The translations under genes and the position numbers were made by a program. Shown one piece after another: positions 63,921 through 64,000 of a stretch of DNA of 64,000 bases. The notes beneath the pieces were generated by a model that made no database searches, was not told the DNA's origin, and saw nothing but the letters and a program-made list of their open reading frames with translations. How positions within the stretch are numbered: position 1 is the first letter of the stretch; every line of letters starts with the position of its first letter. Source of the DNA: Octopus sinensis (Eukaryota); assembly GCF_006345805.1 (NCBI RefSeq), contig NC_043016.1:29760001-29824000 (forward strand), read 5' to 3'.

Positions 63921-64000
63921 AGAATGTCACCTCAGGTCACATTCTGCTTCTAGAAAAGGCAACTTTATATCACTCACAGCTAAAAACAACTCACAGAGAA

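Overview
AT-rich, repeat-dense animal genomic DNA. The SINE, MITE and RTE families look like those of an octopod cephalopod (from recall, not verified). The only gene I can reconstruct with confidence is the 3' part of an oxysterol-binding protein gene (OSBP) on the minus strand. It has nine canonical GT-AG coding exons from 49489 down to a stop at 23203, joining in one frame (1568 nt; FFAT motif, Ser-rich linker, complete ORD lipid-binding domain). I found no PH-domain or coiled-coil exons, so they probably lie beyond 64000. The rest is transposable-element material: Helitron helicase remnants, two complete non-autonomous Helitrons, a 5'-truncated CR1 LINE with an open RT domain, decayed RTE and R4/Dong-like LINE pieces, several tRNA-derived SINE families, piggyBac- and hAT-type MITEs, a 2.3-kb foldback structure and many microsatellites. 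I see no CRISPR, rRNA or genuine tRNA gene and no clearly new multi-gene system. Best leads: (1) an in-frame 18-nt microexon candidate hidden in the 15.5-kb last OSBP intron; (2) a 456-bp intronic palindrome of two head-to-head SINE-like arms whose tails carry a Penelope-type minimal hammerhead ribozyme motif; (3) a frameshifting 20-nt cryptic microexon and an AG|GTAAGT recursive-type splice site around the VSHHPP exon; (4) a MITE turning into a tandem satellite through its own internal TTAA. Exon coordinates were counted by hand to the base; repeat boundaries are approximate.
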